Virus record (IMG/VR): IMGVR_UViG_3300032245_001746
Span: 62,001 to 126,000 of that record
Length of the DNA: 64,000 nt
Strand: one strand, 5' to 3'
Below, piece by piece: positions 1 through 9,647 of the stretch. Every line of letters begins with the position of its first letter. Position 1 is the stretch's first letter. Below the pieces are notes generated by a model, which ran no database searches, was not told where the DNA came from, and saw only the letters and a list, made by a program, of their open reading frames with translations. Position numbers and translations under genes: made by a program.

Positions 1-415
1 AACCATATACAACTTGTTTTTGATCTTCAGATAAGTAATAAGGTTGTGAAACAAGAATATTATCACCAATGTTCAAATCTCTAGCACTTACTTCTTTAGA
101 AGAAATATTATCCCAAGAATAACCCTTATATTCATCAAAGTTTTTTAAATGTGGAATAAAAATTTGATGATTTGGCGTACAAGCAAATTGTGTTCTACCA
201 TTTCCTCCACGTTTTCTAACAATAAATTGCAAAAATTTTTCACTTTCTTGTAAATTACCATTATTGTGACATTCAATAATTTTCTTAGGTTCAATATTAC
301 CATTTTCTGGATTAAAAGACAGAACTTCTAATCCAATCATATTTTGATTAACTATTTTACCAATTTTCATTGTTGAACCATCAGCTAATACAACACGAGA
401 ATCATATTGAAAACA
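1..415 (-). mobile_element. Intein in RecA (N-terminal part), probably with LAGLIDADG endonuclease
   Basis: After KIGVLYG the frame reads CFQYDSRVVLADGSTMKIGKIVN (block A)...FACTPNH (block B TxxH)...LSEDQKQVVYG at the window edge. Confidence 0.9.
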
Positions 416-1108
416 ACCATACAAAACTCCAATTTTACTTCTAATTTGATTAATAATATATAAAGTAGCATTATTTTCATTTATAAATGGATTAATTTTT
501 CTTAAAAGATCTCCTGCCGCTCTTGCTCTTTCGCCAGGTCTTTCAGACCCAACAGCTTTTAATTGTGCAGCCGTTGGATTTTCAGGCAATCCGATTTCTG
601 ACCATTCTCTTTCTGTTGGAGAAACCCCAATAGAGTCCCAAACAAAAAGTATTGGTATATCTTTACCATAATGCTTTCTAATAGCATTAGTAGCTGATAT
701 TATTTTCTTTTCAACTTCTTCTATTGAAATTGGTTCATAAGTAATAAGTCTTGAAGTATTTAAATGTGCAGCTTTTTCTGCAAATTCAGCATTTCCTGCT
801 CTTTCGCAATCAAGTAATACAGCTATTCCATTTAATCGTTGACAAGACGCTAAACAACAATAACCCAATAAAGACTTACTTGTTGCTGGTGGACCAAAAA
901 CCTCAGTTATTCTTCCACCCGGAATACCACCAGTCGCAAACCTACCAGAACACATGTAATTTAAAGCTAAATTACCAGTATCAATAAAATAAGGACATTT
1001 TCCAGCAGTATCTAATGTATTAGCCTTAGCAGTTTTAAGTAATTCTGAAAACAGATCATCACTTTTTGAGTCATTTACTTCTTCTTTTTCTTGTTTTCTT
1101 TTAGCCAT
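1..1108 (-). CDS. recA: RecA/UvsX recombinase containing an intein (3' end runs off window)
   Basis: Not in ORF track. Manual translation from ATG 1108: ...FIDTGNLALNYMCSGRFATGGIPGGRITEVFGPPATSKS...LLDCE...FVWDSIG...IINQIRSKIGVLYG, then an intein. RBS GAGG upstream. Confidence 0.93.
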   Translation of the reverse strand, partial: MAKRKQEKEEVNDSKSDDLFSELLKTAKANTLDTAGKCPYFIDTGNLALNYMCSGRFATGGIPGGRITEVFGPPATSKSLLGYCCLASCQRLNGIAVLLDCERAGNAEFAEKAAHLNTSRLITYEPISIEEVEKKIISATNAIRKHYGKDIPILFVWDSIGVSPTEREWSEIGLPENPTAAQLKAVGSERPGERARAAGDLLRKINPFINENNATLYIINQIRSKIGVLYGCFQYDSRVVLADGSTMKIGKIVNQNMIGLEVLSFNPENGNIEPKKIIECHNNGNLQESEKFLQFIVRKRGGNGRTQFACTPNHQIFIPHLKNFDEYKGYSWDNISSKEVSARDLNIGDNILVSQPYYLSEDQKQVVYG

Positions 1109-1135
1109 TTTTTACCTCTTTTTTTAAAAATTTCA

Positions 1136-1170
1136 AAAAAAATGCTGCACGTACATTTAAACGTGCAGCA
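1136..1170 (-). terminator. Intrinsic terminator after ssb
   Basis: TGCTGCACGT/ACGTGCAGCA inverted repeat followed by a T-tract on the minus strand. Confidence 0.7.
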
Positions 1171-1193
1171 CTTGAATAAAATATACTACATCA

Positions 1194-2162
1194 TTATGTT
1201 AAATTCTTTAATTGTTCAAAGAATTCATCGCTATCACTAGATTCCACAGCAGAATCAGAAACAGCACTAGAAACAGAATTAACTATAGATTCTGTAGATA
1301 CTGGAGTGGATGAAACATTTGTCTTCGAAACAGAAGATTGCTTGCTTTGGTATTCACTTGGATCAAATGAATTTCCAACATTATCATTAGGAATGACTCC
1401 CAAGTGTTTTTTAAGCTCTGTTTTTAATTCATCTACAGTATGACTCTTTCTTTCAGCTACCAAATCATGAAGAGAAGACATCCAAGTTCTAATTTGTTCT
1501 GGTGTGCCTAATGGTGTTTGGTCTAAAAACTTAGATGAATCATAGTTAGGATATTCATTGTCACCAGACTTCTTAATTGTTTTTATAATCTTAAAATCAC
1601 GTCCAGTTGTAGGATGTGTTACATCTCCATAACCTTTTTCTTGTATTGTTTCATCACCAACAATACCAGTAATAATCATTTTGTATAATGTTTTACCTAC
1701 AGACAAAATCTTAGGTCCAACATTTTCAAGAACAGATCCATCTTCTTGTTTTTCTTGTCTTACTATACAATTGAAATAATATCTTTCAACTGGCTTGATA
1801 TCTCTTGCTTGCTTTTGAAGTTTATCTCTTTCTTCTTTGCTATTTTGTTGTTCAGATGTATTCCATAGCCAATTGTAATATTCACAGATTGGACAAGTTC
1901 CAACATACTTCTTAGCTTTTTTATCAAATTCTTTCAAGCAATGTTTGCTTTTATTATTTACTCTGTGCAATCTTGTTTGCATGAAAAATGGAGATTTTTC
2001 ACGATCAAACATTCCAGCTTCTGCTGGACCTAACAACCTAACAGTAACTGACCCAGCGCCTTCTGGGAATTTTACGTACTTAGATAAGTAGTCCATGTCT
2101 GTTTGATTATCTTCAGATAATCTGTTTGCTTCTTCTTTCAATCCCAATAAATCTAAACTCAT
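1194..2162 (-). CDS. T4 gp32-like single-stranded DNA-binding protein
   Basis: VRLL..PFF..H..C..CPIC zinc motif, RYYFNCIVR, GRDFKI, acidic C-terminal tail; adjacent to recA. Confidence 0.85.
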   Translation of the reverse strand: MSLDLLGLKEEANRLSEDNQTDMDYLSKYVKFPEGAGSVTVRLLGPAEAGMFDREKSPFFMQTRLHRVNNKSKHCLKEFDKKAKKYVGTCPICEYYNWLWNTSEQQNSKEERDKLQKQARDIKPVERYYFNCIVRQEKQEDGSVLENVGPKILSVGKTLYKMIITGIVGDETIQEKGYGDVTHPTTGRDFKIIKTIKKSGDNEYPNYDSSKFLDQTPLGTPEQIRTWMSSLHDLVAERKSHTVDELKTELKKHLGVIPNDNVGNSFDPSEYQSKQSSVSKTNVSSTPVSTESIVNSVSSAVSDSAVESSDSDEFFEQLKNLT

Positions 2163-2277
2163 GTTATTCTCCTGTATAAAGTCTTTTAAAGTTTTAACAC
2201 ATGTTACACAAACATGTATAAGTATTTTTTGTTATATTTAAGTTCTACTTATATATCGATATAAGTATCGTTAAACT

Positions 2278-2619
2278 TTAATCAAAATTTAATTTTTTAT
2301 TAGCAAAGTTAATGCTTTGTTCTTTAATTGCGTTTAACTTGTCTTCTAAAGAATGATAACCTTGTGACTCTAATTCTTCAGTAAGATTTTTTCTTTTTTC
2401 CATAGTTTTTCGATAATCATCTTCCAATGCTTTAAGTATTTTTAAATTATTATCTAATGCCGCATCGCTCTTTTTATTTGAATCTAAATATTTTTTCACT
2501 TGATTTTCAATCAAATTTTGTTTAAGCTTATTTTTCAACTCTTGTTTGTGTATATTTTTATTTTTTATTTTTTCTTTTCTTATCTTAATTTTTTTATCAT
2601 TTTTTTTCTGTTTTGACAT
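2278..2619 (-). CDS. Hypothetical coiled-coil protein
   Basis: 113-aa ORF co-oriented within the operon. Confidence 0.6.
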   Translation of the reverse strand: MSKQKKNDKKIKIRKEKIKNKNIHKQELKNKLKQNLIENQVKKYLDSNKKSDAALDNNLKILKALEDDYRKTMEKRKNLTEELESQGYHSLEDKLNAIKEQSINFANKKLNFD

Positions 2620-2629
2620 AATTAATCTT

Positions 2630-3334
2630 TCATCTTATAACTAAATCACTTGAATCTTCACCTGTTTTAAAACCTATTACATCTATTCCAACAGTTTTTG
2701 GAATAAAAAATCTATCATTTATTTTAATGAAATTACCCTCATCATCTTTAATTAAATAATTCATGCCATCATAAAAATTAGCTCCAGGTGTCTCTTCATA
2801 AATTGCATATTCTTTATTTAAAGTCAACTTTTTATTTTTAACTTGTTCTAATAGAAATTTTTCTGGTGGGTAAAATATTTCATATCTAATTGGTTTTTTA
2901 ACAATGTTAACACTATTAGGATTTTTAACAATTTTGGCAACAATAGCAGGATTTTCTTCAACAAATTTATTACCAGCTTTAACAACCTCTTCTTCTGAAA
3001 AGAATGAAGATTCATTTTCAATATTTGATGTAGTATTTAATAATACGTTCGTAATTAAATTGTCATCATCAAAGTTAAATTTTCTATTTTTAATAAGTAT
3101 TCCATCATTAGTTTCTTTAAAAGAAATTTTCTTTTTTTCAAATTCAAAAATCTCAACATTAACAATTAATATATTACGTCGAGCAAATTGAGACATTATT
3201 TTTCCTGCCAATTGCTCTAGAGAGATATTTTCATAAGGTGTGCCAACTTTTATAGATTTAGTTTTTAAATTTTCTTTATCATATACACCTTTATCTAACT
3301 CTTCATGATAATGTAGTATACATTCATATCCCAT
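2630..3334 (-). CDS. Hypothetical protein
   Basis: 234-aa ORF, tightly packed with neighbours. Confidence 0.7.
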   Translation of the reverse strand: MGYECILHYHEELDKGVYDKENLKTKSIKVGTPYENISLEQLAGKIMSQFARRNILIVNVEIFEFEKKKISFKETNDGILIKNRKFNFDDDNLITNVLLNTTSNIENESSFFSEEEVVKAGNKFVEENPAIVAKIVKNPNSVNIVKKPIRYEIFYPPEKFLLEQVKNKKLTLNKEYAIYEETPGANFYDGMNYLIKDDEGNFIKINDRFFIPKTVGIDVIGFKTGEDSSDLVIR

Positions 3335-3344
3335 AATAATCTTT

Positions 3345-3959
3345 CTATTTTAGAATTAAACCAACGCCATACCTAGTATTTAAAATTTCTCCACCAACAT
3401 TGTTAATTTTCAAAAAATTAACAAAAACTTTATTAATAATATCACTAGACTTAACTTGATTTATCACTAATAATGCATTGTAATTTAAATTTTTCCAAAC
3501 TTCAGTTAATTTAAATAATGTTTTATCATACGATTCTTCAATATCAAATATTGCTAAATTCCACTTATTTTTAATGAGTTTTTCATTAAACTCTTTATCA
3601 TTTATATTTCCATGATAAATTTCTAAACTTTTAACATTTTTTTTAATGTTTTTTTCAGCAAATCTTTTTGTATAAAACTCACTTGTTTTTTGTTGAAATC
3701 CTAAGTAATTGTCAATTAATTTAACGGATTTTAAATAACAAGCACTATTCAAACCTGCCCCAACTCCTATTTCTAATAAATTATTAGAAATGAAATGTTT
3801 ACCCAAATAATAATAAAAAGGTATGTTTTTTGGATCTACGTAAGATGATGATTTTCTAGAATCTTCATTCATAATAGATAAATTATCTAATAAACATGAA
3901 GATGAAATTAATGATTTATTTAAATCATTTTCTAATTTTATTTTTAATTCTTTAAGCAT
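3345..3959 (-). CDS. Class I SAM-dependent methyltransferase-like protein
   Basis: LLEIGVGAGLNS motif I; family not resolved further. Confidence 0.55.
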   Translation of the reverse strand: MLKELKIKLENDLNKSLISSSCLLDNLSIMNEDSRKSSSYVDPKNIPFYYYLGKHFISNNLLEIGVGAGLNSACYLKSVKLIDNYLGFQQKTSEFYTKRFAEKNIKKNVKSLEIYHGNINDKEFNEKLIKNKWNLAIFDIEESYDKTLFKLTEVWKNLNYNALLVINQVKSSDIINKVFVNFLKINNVGGEILNTRYGVGLILK

Positions 3960-3974
3960 TTTTGATATATAAAT

Positions 3975-4241
3975 AAAAAACGAATCACTCCTATCGCCTG
4001 TCGCGCAACAAACTTGAAGTGATTCGTTTTGTGAATTGATAAATTAATAAGAACAACTTATTAATTTATCAGCTTGTTTGCTTACAATTAAAGCGACTGA
4101 ACTTAGTTTAAGTCATTACATTTCTATAATCTGACTTTCGTATTAACTAGTTCACTATATTAGCTCTGATATCGATATTAATACGCAAATCAATAACAGA
4201 TATATTCTAATATAGTAGATTAAGGTTAAATACAAGCAAAC
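3975..4241 (-). ncRNA. Candidate structured non-coding RNA ending in a terminator
   Basis: Five nested or adjacent inverted repeats in an ORF-free gap (see findings). Confidence 0.35.
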
Positions 4242-4270
4242 TATATATTATTAATCTCTTAAAAAATATA

Positions 4271-4816
4271 TTATATAATATATTTTTTAAGAGGACAATC
4301 TTGACATTTCCAATTAGAATCAATCAATTCATTATCATCATAAACAACACATTCTCTTATTGTTCCTAAATATTTAAAATATGGTGTTAATAAATTTAAA
4401 ATTTCATTATGCTTTTTTTCATCTCTAGTTGAGAAAAATCTGAAATTATTTCCTTTAATTTTATTAACAGAAATATGTCCGCCATTTTCTAAAATAATAT
4501 TTTTAAAAAGATCATGATTAGTCACTTCAAATTTAGAATGAAATTCTTTATATTTAAAATCAAAATCTATTATTGTATTTTTAGAAATAATTTTTTCTAA
4601 CTTTTTCCTTATAACCTTTTTAAATAAATTTGCAATATTATTCATTTCTAAATAAGCTGTTTCATAATCACAATTATGAAATTTTGAAGTCATTTTTTGT
4701 TCTAACATTAAAGATCCTGTATCGCCAGTTATAACTACAGGTTTTAATTTATTTAAAGTACAAATTTCAATGAATTCATCATAATCAGACTCTACAGTAA
4801 CATGTGATTCATACAT
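4271..4816 (-). CDS. Hypothetical protein
   Basis: 181-aa ORF with YESHVT, EFHSK and RECVVYD motifs. Confidence 0.7.
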   Translation of the reverse strand: MYESHVTVESDYDEFIEICTLNKLKPVVITGDTGSLMLEQKMTSKFHNCDYETAYLEMNNIANLFKKVIRKKLEKIISKNTIIDFDFKYKEFHSKFEVTNHDLFKNIILENGGHISVNKIKGNNFRFFSTRDEKKHNEILNLLTPYFKYLGTIRECVVYDDNELIDSNWKCQDCPLKKYII

Positions 4817-5317
4817 TTATCCACCAATAATATCTTCAAGAGATTTTTGAAAATTTGAATTAGAAGAATTTGAAGATTGATAAATATCAGAATTCAATTT
4901 ATCCATTTCTTTTCTAATCATATAACCTCTATTTTGAGCCATAGAATGAGCCTTATCTAAAGATTTAGTAAATTCTTTCAACTGTTTTAAAGCAGAACTT
5001 AATTTGTTTTCGTTAGCTTGTAGTTGCTTTACTTCCTGTTGTGTACGTGCATAAGCTTCTGCAGCTTTATCTGGAAGACCGTCAGTTTTCGCCTTTAAAA
5101 AATGTTCATAATATTTCATTTCTTTTTCAGACTCTATATTAACATATAACTCTTCAGCTTTAGCTGTTTTAGAAGAAAAATAGTCATACCAAATACTTAA
5201 TTCTTCCATAAATAAACTTAAAGTTGAATCATTAAAAGAAAGTCTAGCTGGGTCTAAAACAACAACTTCATCAACCAAATCTATTGTTCTTATGTTTTTT
5301 ATAACTTCATCTTGCAT
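4817..5317 (-). CDS. UvsY-like recombination mediator
   Basis: Helical coiled-coil of UvsY-like size next to the helicase in the UvsX/gp32 operon. Confidence 0.55.
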   Translation of the reverse strand: MQDEVIKNIRTIDLVDEVVVLDPARLSFNDSTLSLFMEELSIWYDYFSSKTAKAEELYVNIESEKEMKYYEHFLKAKTDGLPDKAAEAYARTQQEVKQLQANENKLSSALKQLKEFTKSLDKAHSMAQNRGYMIRKEMDKLNSDIYQSSNSSNSNFQKSLEDIIGG

Positions 5318-5328
5318 ATAATTTCTTT

Positions 5329-6963
5329 CTAACTTTCAATTGGAGCATCTTCAACATCATTATATCCGACATCGTCTACAAAAGCAGCAACAGCCGCTTG
5401 TGTTTTTTCTTTATTTTTATTACCACCAACAATACGATCAACTTCATCTAATTTAGACTGATGTTCAGCAACAGTAATTTGTTTTTCATTTTTATATCTA
5501 TTAAAAATAGTTGTATATTTATTTTGAGATATTTCTCTCATCTTTAATGTATTATAATCAAATTCTATGTGACATATAAATCTTGCTTTCCCATCACGAT
5601 GTTTAATAACAAAAACTCTAGCTAAAGAACATTCTCTTTCTTCTTGTAATTGATTGATAGACCACAAAGCATCTAAAGGTCTGTTTTGACCTTTTGCTTC
5701 TGCTAAGTTATCATCATCAATAATTCCGCCCATTCTAATAGATTCTCTAGATTTTCCATCCACTTGCATAGCTGTCATAACACATATATTATTTTCAACA
5801 GCAAAGCCTCTTAAATCTCTAACCATTTTAGGTCTAGATTCATGAATAGGCATTCCTGGATAATCCTTCATTTCTCCTAAATAATCAACTAAAACAATAT
5901 CAGGCTGATAACCTGATATTATCAATTGAGCATAATATGCTCTTAATTCAGCCATTCCCATTTGACCACTAGGAAATTGTTTAATTATTAAACAATTTTT
6001 TTGATCTTTGTCAGCAACATAATCTTCAAGAGATTTAAAAACATATTCTTTATTTTCATAAAGGTTTTTAGTACTAATTCCTGTAGAATTGTCACCATAT
6101 GGATTTGGATTTGCTAATTGTGCATCAAATCTTTCTGCACACTTGTCATCATTTAATTCTAAAGAAATATATAATATTTTTTTGCCACGATGCATATTTG
6201 CAATTGCGGCATTAACCAAAAAAATAGATTTTCCAGTACCAGGAAGACCAATTACTGAACCAATTTCGCCTCTTGCTAAACCACCACCGGCTAATGATTC
6301 ATCGATACTTCTAAATCCAGTAATGAAAAAATCACCACTTTCTTTCTTTAATTTCATTCTTTCATAACGTTCTTCATATGTTTGAAAATAATCAAGACCA
6401 GTGTCAAAATTTCTATTTACACTTAATGCTTTTTTAATTATATTTTCTATATTTACCCAAGTTTCTTCACTTTCAGGAGCTTTAGAAAATTCTTCCAAAC
6501 ATTTAGAAAAAGCGTTTTTTACAGCCATACCTTTAGCAAAATTTGTAATTTTATCTAAATAGTATTCTCTAGATTCTAAACCCGGCAAATAATATTTATA
6601 TACTGTGTTAAACTCACCAATATAAAAAGCTTTAATTGCATCTTCTTTATCTTTAATTGATTGATTTAATTCATTTAAAACTATTGTTTTACTTGGTATT
6701 TGTTTATATGTTTCAAAATACTTATAAAGTATTTTACTTACTAATTGATGACATTGATTTGTAAAATAACTTGGTTTTATTAAACCAAAACTTTGAGTTA
6801 GAAAATATTTATCATTAGTTATTAATGATAAAATTTCTCTTTGAATTTCTTCATCAAAAGAATAATGATTATTATTTGATTTAGGATCAATATAATCTGG
6901 ATCTTTTAAGTCATTTAACAAATTTGTTTCTTCTTGTGTTAAATCTAAAAGATTGTTTGTCAT
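5329..6963 (-). CDS. Replicative DnaB/gp41-like helicase
   Basis: TGFRSID, GLPGTGKS Walker A, YISLEL, VLVDYLG, TAMQ, IKHRDG. Confidence 0.92.
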   Translation of the reverse strand: MTNNLLDLTQEETNLLNDLKDPDYIDPKSNNNHYSFDEEIQREILSLITNDKYFLTQSFGLIKPSYFTNQCHQLVSKILYKYFETYKQIPSKTIVLNELNQSIKDKEDAIKAFYIGEFNTVYKYYLPGLESREYYLDKITNFAKGMAVKNAFSKCLEEFSKAPESEETWVNIENIIKKALSVNRNFDTGLDYFQTYEERYERMKLKKESGDFFITGFRSIDESLAGGGLARGEIGSVIGLPGTGKSIFLVNAAIANMHRGKKILYISLELNDDKCAERFDAQLANPNPYGDNSTGISTKNLYENKEYVFKSLEDYVADKDQKNCLIIKQFPSGQMGMAELRAYYAQLIISGYQPDIVLVDYLGEMKDYPGMPIHESRPKMVRDLRGFAVENNICVMTAMQVDGKSRESIRMGGIIDDDNLAEAKGQNRPLDALWSINQLQEERECSLARVFVIKHRDGKARFICHIEFDYNTLKMREISQNKYTTIFNRYKNEKQITVAEHQSKLDEVDRIVGGNKNKEKTQAAVAAFVDDVGYNDVEDAPIES

Positions 6964-6973
6964 TTAAAATACC

Positions 6974-7534
6974 TTACATTGATGCCATATAGTCGAAATC
7001 AGATAAACTTACAGAATTTTCTCTGATGGATTTTTCACGTGTTATTTTTTTTCCCATTGTTTTTTGTTCATTCCAAGTAATTGATTTACAATAAATTATA
7101 AATTTGGAATCAATTTTCAATGATGCTGCTTTATCAGGATAATAGGATTTAGGAACAACTTTATTAAGTAAAAGTTCCAATTTTTTTTCTTCAATTGGAC
7201 CAAATTTTTGTTTATTTGCCCCATGTCTAGTTTTATTGTTCCACAAATCTTTCAATAACAAAATTTTCTTTTTACTATTTAAATCTTTAGAATATTTTTC
7301 ACATAAAAATAAACATTTTTCAATATAAACTTGTCTCTTATAATAAGAACCAGCTTTCATTAAAGCGATTCTTAAATTTTGAGCAATGTCAACCTGTTCA
7401 TCAGTAAAATTAGTTCTATTATTTCTTCTAATTAAATCCCAAGATTGATGTTCAATTAATTTGCCAAATTTAATATCTAATTTTTCATATTCTTCTGAAG
7501 AAATCTTCCATTCTTTACAAATATCTTCTTTCAT
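6974..7534 (-). CDS. Hypothetical protein
   Basis: 186-aa ORF with RBS GAGG. Confidence 0.7.
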   Translation of the reverse strand: MKEDICKEWKISSEEYEKLDIKFGKLIEHQSWDLIRRNNRTNFTDEQVDIAQNLRIALMKAGSYYKRQVYIEKCLFLCEKYSKDLNSKKKILLLKDLWNNKTRHGANKQKFGPIEEKKLELLLNKVVPKSYYPDKAASLKIDSKFIIYCKSITWNEQKTMGKKITREKSIRENSVSLSDFDYMASM

Positions 7535-7546
7535 AATGCCTCAAAA

Positions 7547-8836
7547 TTAAAGTTGTTTATTCATATTCAAAAGCGAATCACCAACAGAACATACTGTCTT
7601 TAAATTCAAACCTTTGTACATATCACTATCTTGTTCTAAAATATTTTTAGAAATTTGGATGGTTTTTTCAATCTTATTCTTATCAGAAATTATAATGTAT
7701 CCATCATGGATGTGCATACATATTTTAGAAATATCACTAAGATTTACATATAATTTATTCAATTTATCCATACAAACTAAAGAGGCGGGCGATTGTACGA
7801 TAAAATTTCTTATAAGGTAGGAGTTATCAAAATTTCTTCTTCTTCCAAAATAATCAACAGCAGTTGTTAATTTATTTTGTTGATTATTCATCCATGAAAT
7901 AGAAACATGAAACAATCTATTTATGTCCTCTACTATTTTTTTTGCATGATTAATTGGCCAATTAATTTTTTTTGATAATGCTTCAGCACCTAAACCATAA
8001 AAAACAGGAAGAAAAAATTCTTTACAAGTTTTACGATGATTCGAGTTACAAGGAACTTTTGGTATTAAAATATTCCAAACACTTTCATAAAAATCATTTG
8101 AATTATTTAACAATTCATCCATAAATGGATCTTTTGATAACCATTGAAGCATAAAAACTTCCATGTTTCTATAATCAAAAGAAACAAATTTTCCATCAAA
8201 AAATGGTACTTTTAAATTTTCTTTATCTTCTGTTGTAAGACAATGGGGATTAATACTTTTTTTATAACCCTTTGAACAAATTGATCTTCCATTTACTTGA
8301 CCATCTATTTCATAGTTAGAATAAACTAATTCTTTTTTATTTTTATAAATTAAACCACATGATTCTATAGAAGAAATAACATTTACTGAATTTAAATAAA
8401 TTTGATTATGTATCAAAATAGCATTTTTGAATAATTCATCATTAGAAATTTCTTTAAGCCTACTTTTAAATTCTAATAGACTTTTTGGTTTATTTTTATG
8501 TTTAAAACCCAAATAAGATTCTAAAAAATATAAATCAATTATTATTCCGTTTAATGAAAAATCAAATTTAGATTTACCTTTAAAATAACTTACAATTGAT
8601 TTGTAATTCCATGTAAAAATAAAAGTTTTGTCACCACCTAAAAAAGATTGTAAATAGCCAGCTTGCTCTCTAAACTTAGAATAATCTGCACTAAGTTCGA
8701 CTTGAATATTATAATCAACTGAACATATATTTATATTATAGTTTTTATCAATTGTAAAATCCATAATATCAAAGTCTGAATATAAATAAATTTCTTTATT
8801 TTTTAAATTATATATTGTAGTGTTAAAATCAGACAT
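7547..8836 (-). CDS. Family A DNA polymerase, short form lacking the 5'-3' exonuclease
   Basis: NGRS, motif A FDYRNMEV, motif B RKTCKEFFLPVFYG, GRRR, NFIVQSPAS, motif C HIHDG. Confidence 0.85.
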   Translation of the reverse strand: MSDFNTTIYNLKNKEIYLYSDFDIMDFTIDKNYNINICSVDYNIQVELSADYSKFREQAGYLQSFLGGDKTFIFTWNYKSIVSYFKGKSKFDFSLNGIIIDLYFLESYLGFKHKNKPKSLLEFKSRLKEISNDELFKNAILIHNQIYLNSVNVISSIESCGLIYKNKKELVYSNYEIDGQVNGRSICSKGYKKSINPHCLTTEDKENLKVPFFDGKFVSFDYRNMEVFMLQWLSKDPFMDELLNNSNDFYESVWNILIPKVPCNSNHRKTCKEFFLPVFYGLGAEALSKKINWPINHAKKIVEDINRLFHVSISWMNNQQNKLTTAVDYFGRRRNFDNSYLIRNFIVQSPASLVCMDKLNKLYVNLSDISKICMHIHDGYIIISDKNKIEKTIQISKNILEQDSDMYKGLNLKTVCSVGDSLLNMNKQL

Positions 8837-9119
8837 ATTATTTATAATTGTATTTTTCTATTGAAACATTTAAATTTAATTTTTTTAAAAATTTTAAAAG
8901 TCCATCAGGATCTCTATTGAAATCCCAATAATTACCTTCAAATAATACTTTTTCATCTAAAACAATTTTCATCATTTCGACAGATTCATCTTTTAAAATT
9001 TTTACTTTAGACATTCAGATATCTTTCTTAAAAGGATACGTAAAAAAAACTTGTTTGAAACTTATTTTATAATTTAAAAATTTCCTTTTATTAATTAGTC
9101 CTATATTTTTTTATAGACT

Positions 9120-9535
9120 TTGCCCCCTTTCCTACCCTAGAGATATTAGAAATAATTAATAAATAATTCATATAAAGAAAAATTTAGTTTTATTTCTAAT
9201 ATCCATGTAGAATTAGAAGCTAGTTCTGGATTAACCAAGAATATTTCAACATTAGAAGTTCAGTCAGTGTTTCAGCATGAATCATATTTTTTGTTATTAT
9301 TTTCAAGTATCTCTACATGCGAGTCAAACCAGGGCGTAATAACACTTTTGGCGAACCAAAGTATTCCTTCGGGGGCAACAAACTAATATATTACTATTAA
9401 TTATTTAGATCCATAGTTGGGCAATCCCAAATCACTAAATCCGGTGCCTGGTAAAAAAACTAATTTGCATTAGTCCAAAAAATAATTCACTGTTCCAGGT
9501 TAATTTTTCACCTTTAAACCTGGTGTTCACGGTAG
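9120..9535. ncRNA. Candidate large structured RNA or cis element in an 810-bp intergenic region
   Basis: Many complementary segments and locally raised GC (see findings). Confidence 0.4.
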
Positions 9536-9647
9536 TTAAAAAGTTTTTTTGTTAATAAAAGTAAATATTTTGTTTACATTGAAGTACAAGACTTTACTCG
9601 AAAAAAGAGTAACTTAAAAGTTTTTTTTCAAAAAAACATTCATATGA

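Noticed and set aside
751-987. 78-aa plus-strand ORF
   Set aside because: Antisense shadow of recA, which the ORF track missed because it runs off the window.
3975-9535. tmRNA or RNase P in the two structured intergenic regions
   Set aside because: No tRNA-like domain with T-loop and CCA end, no convincing tag frame, no GAGGAAAGUCC motif.
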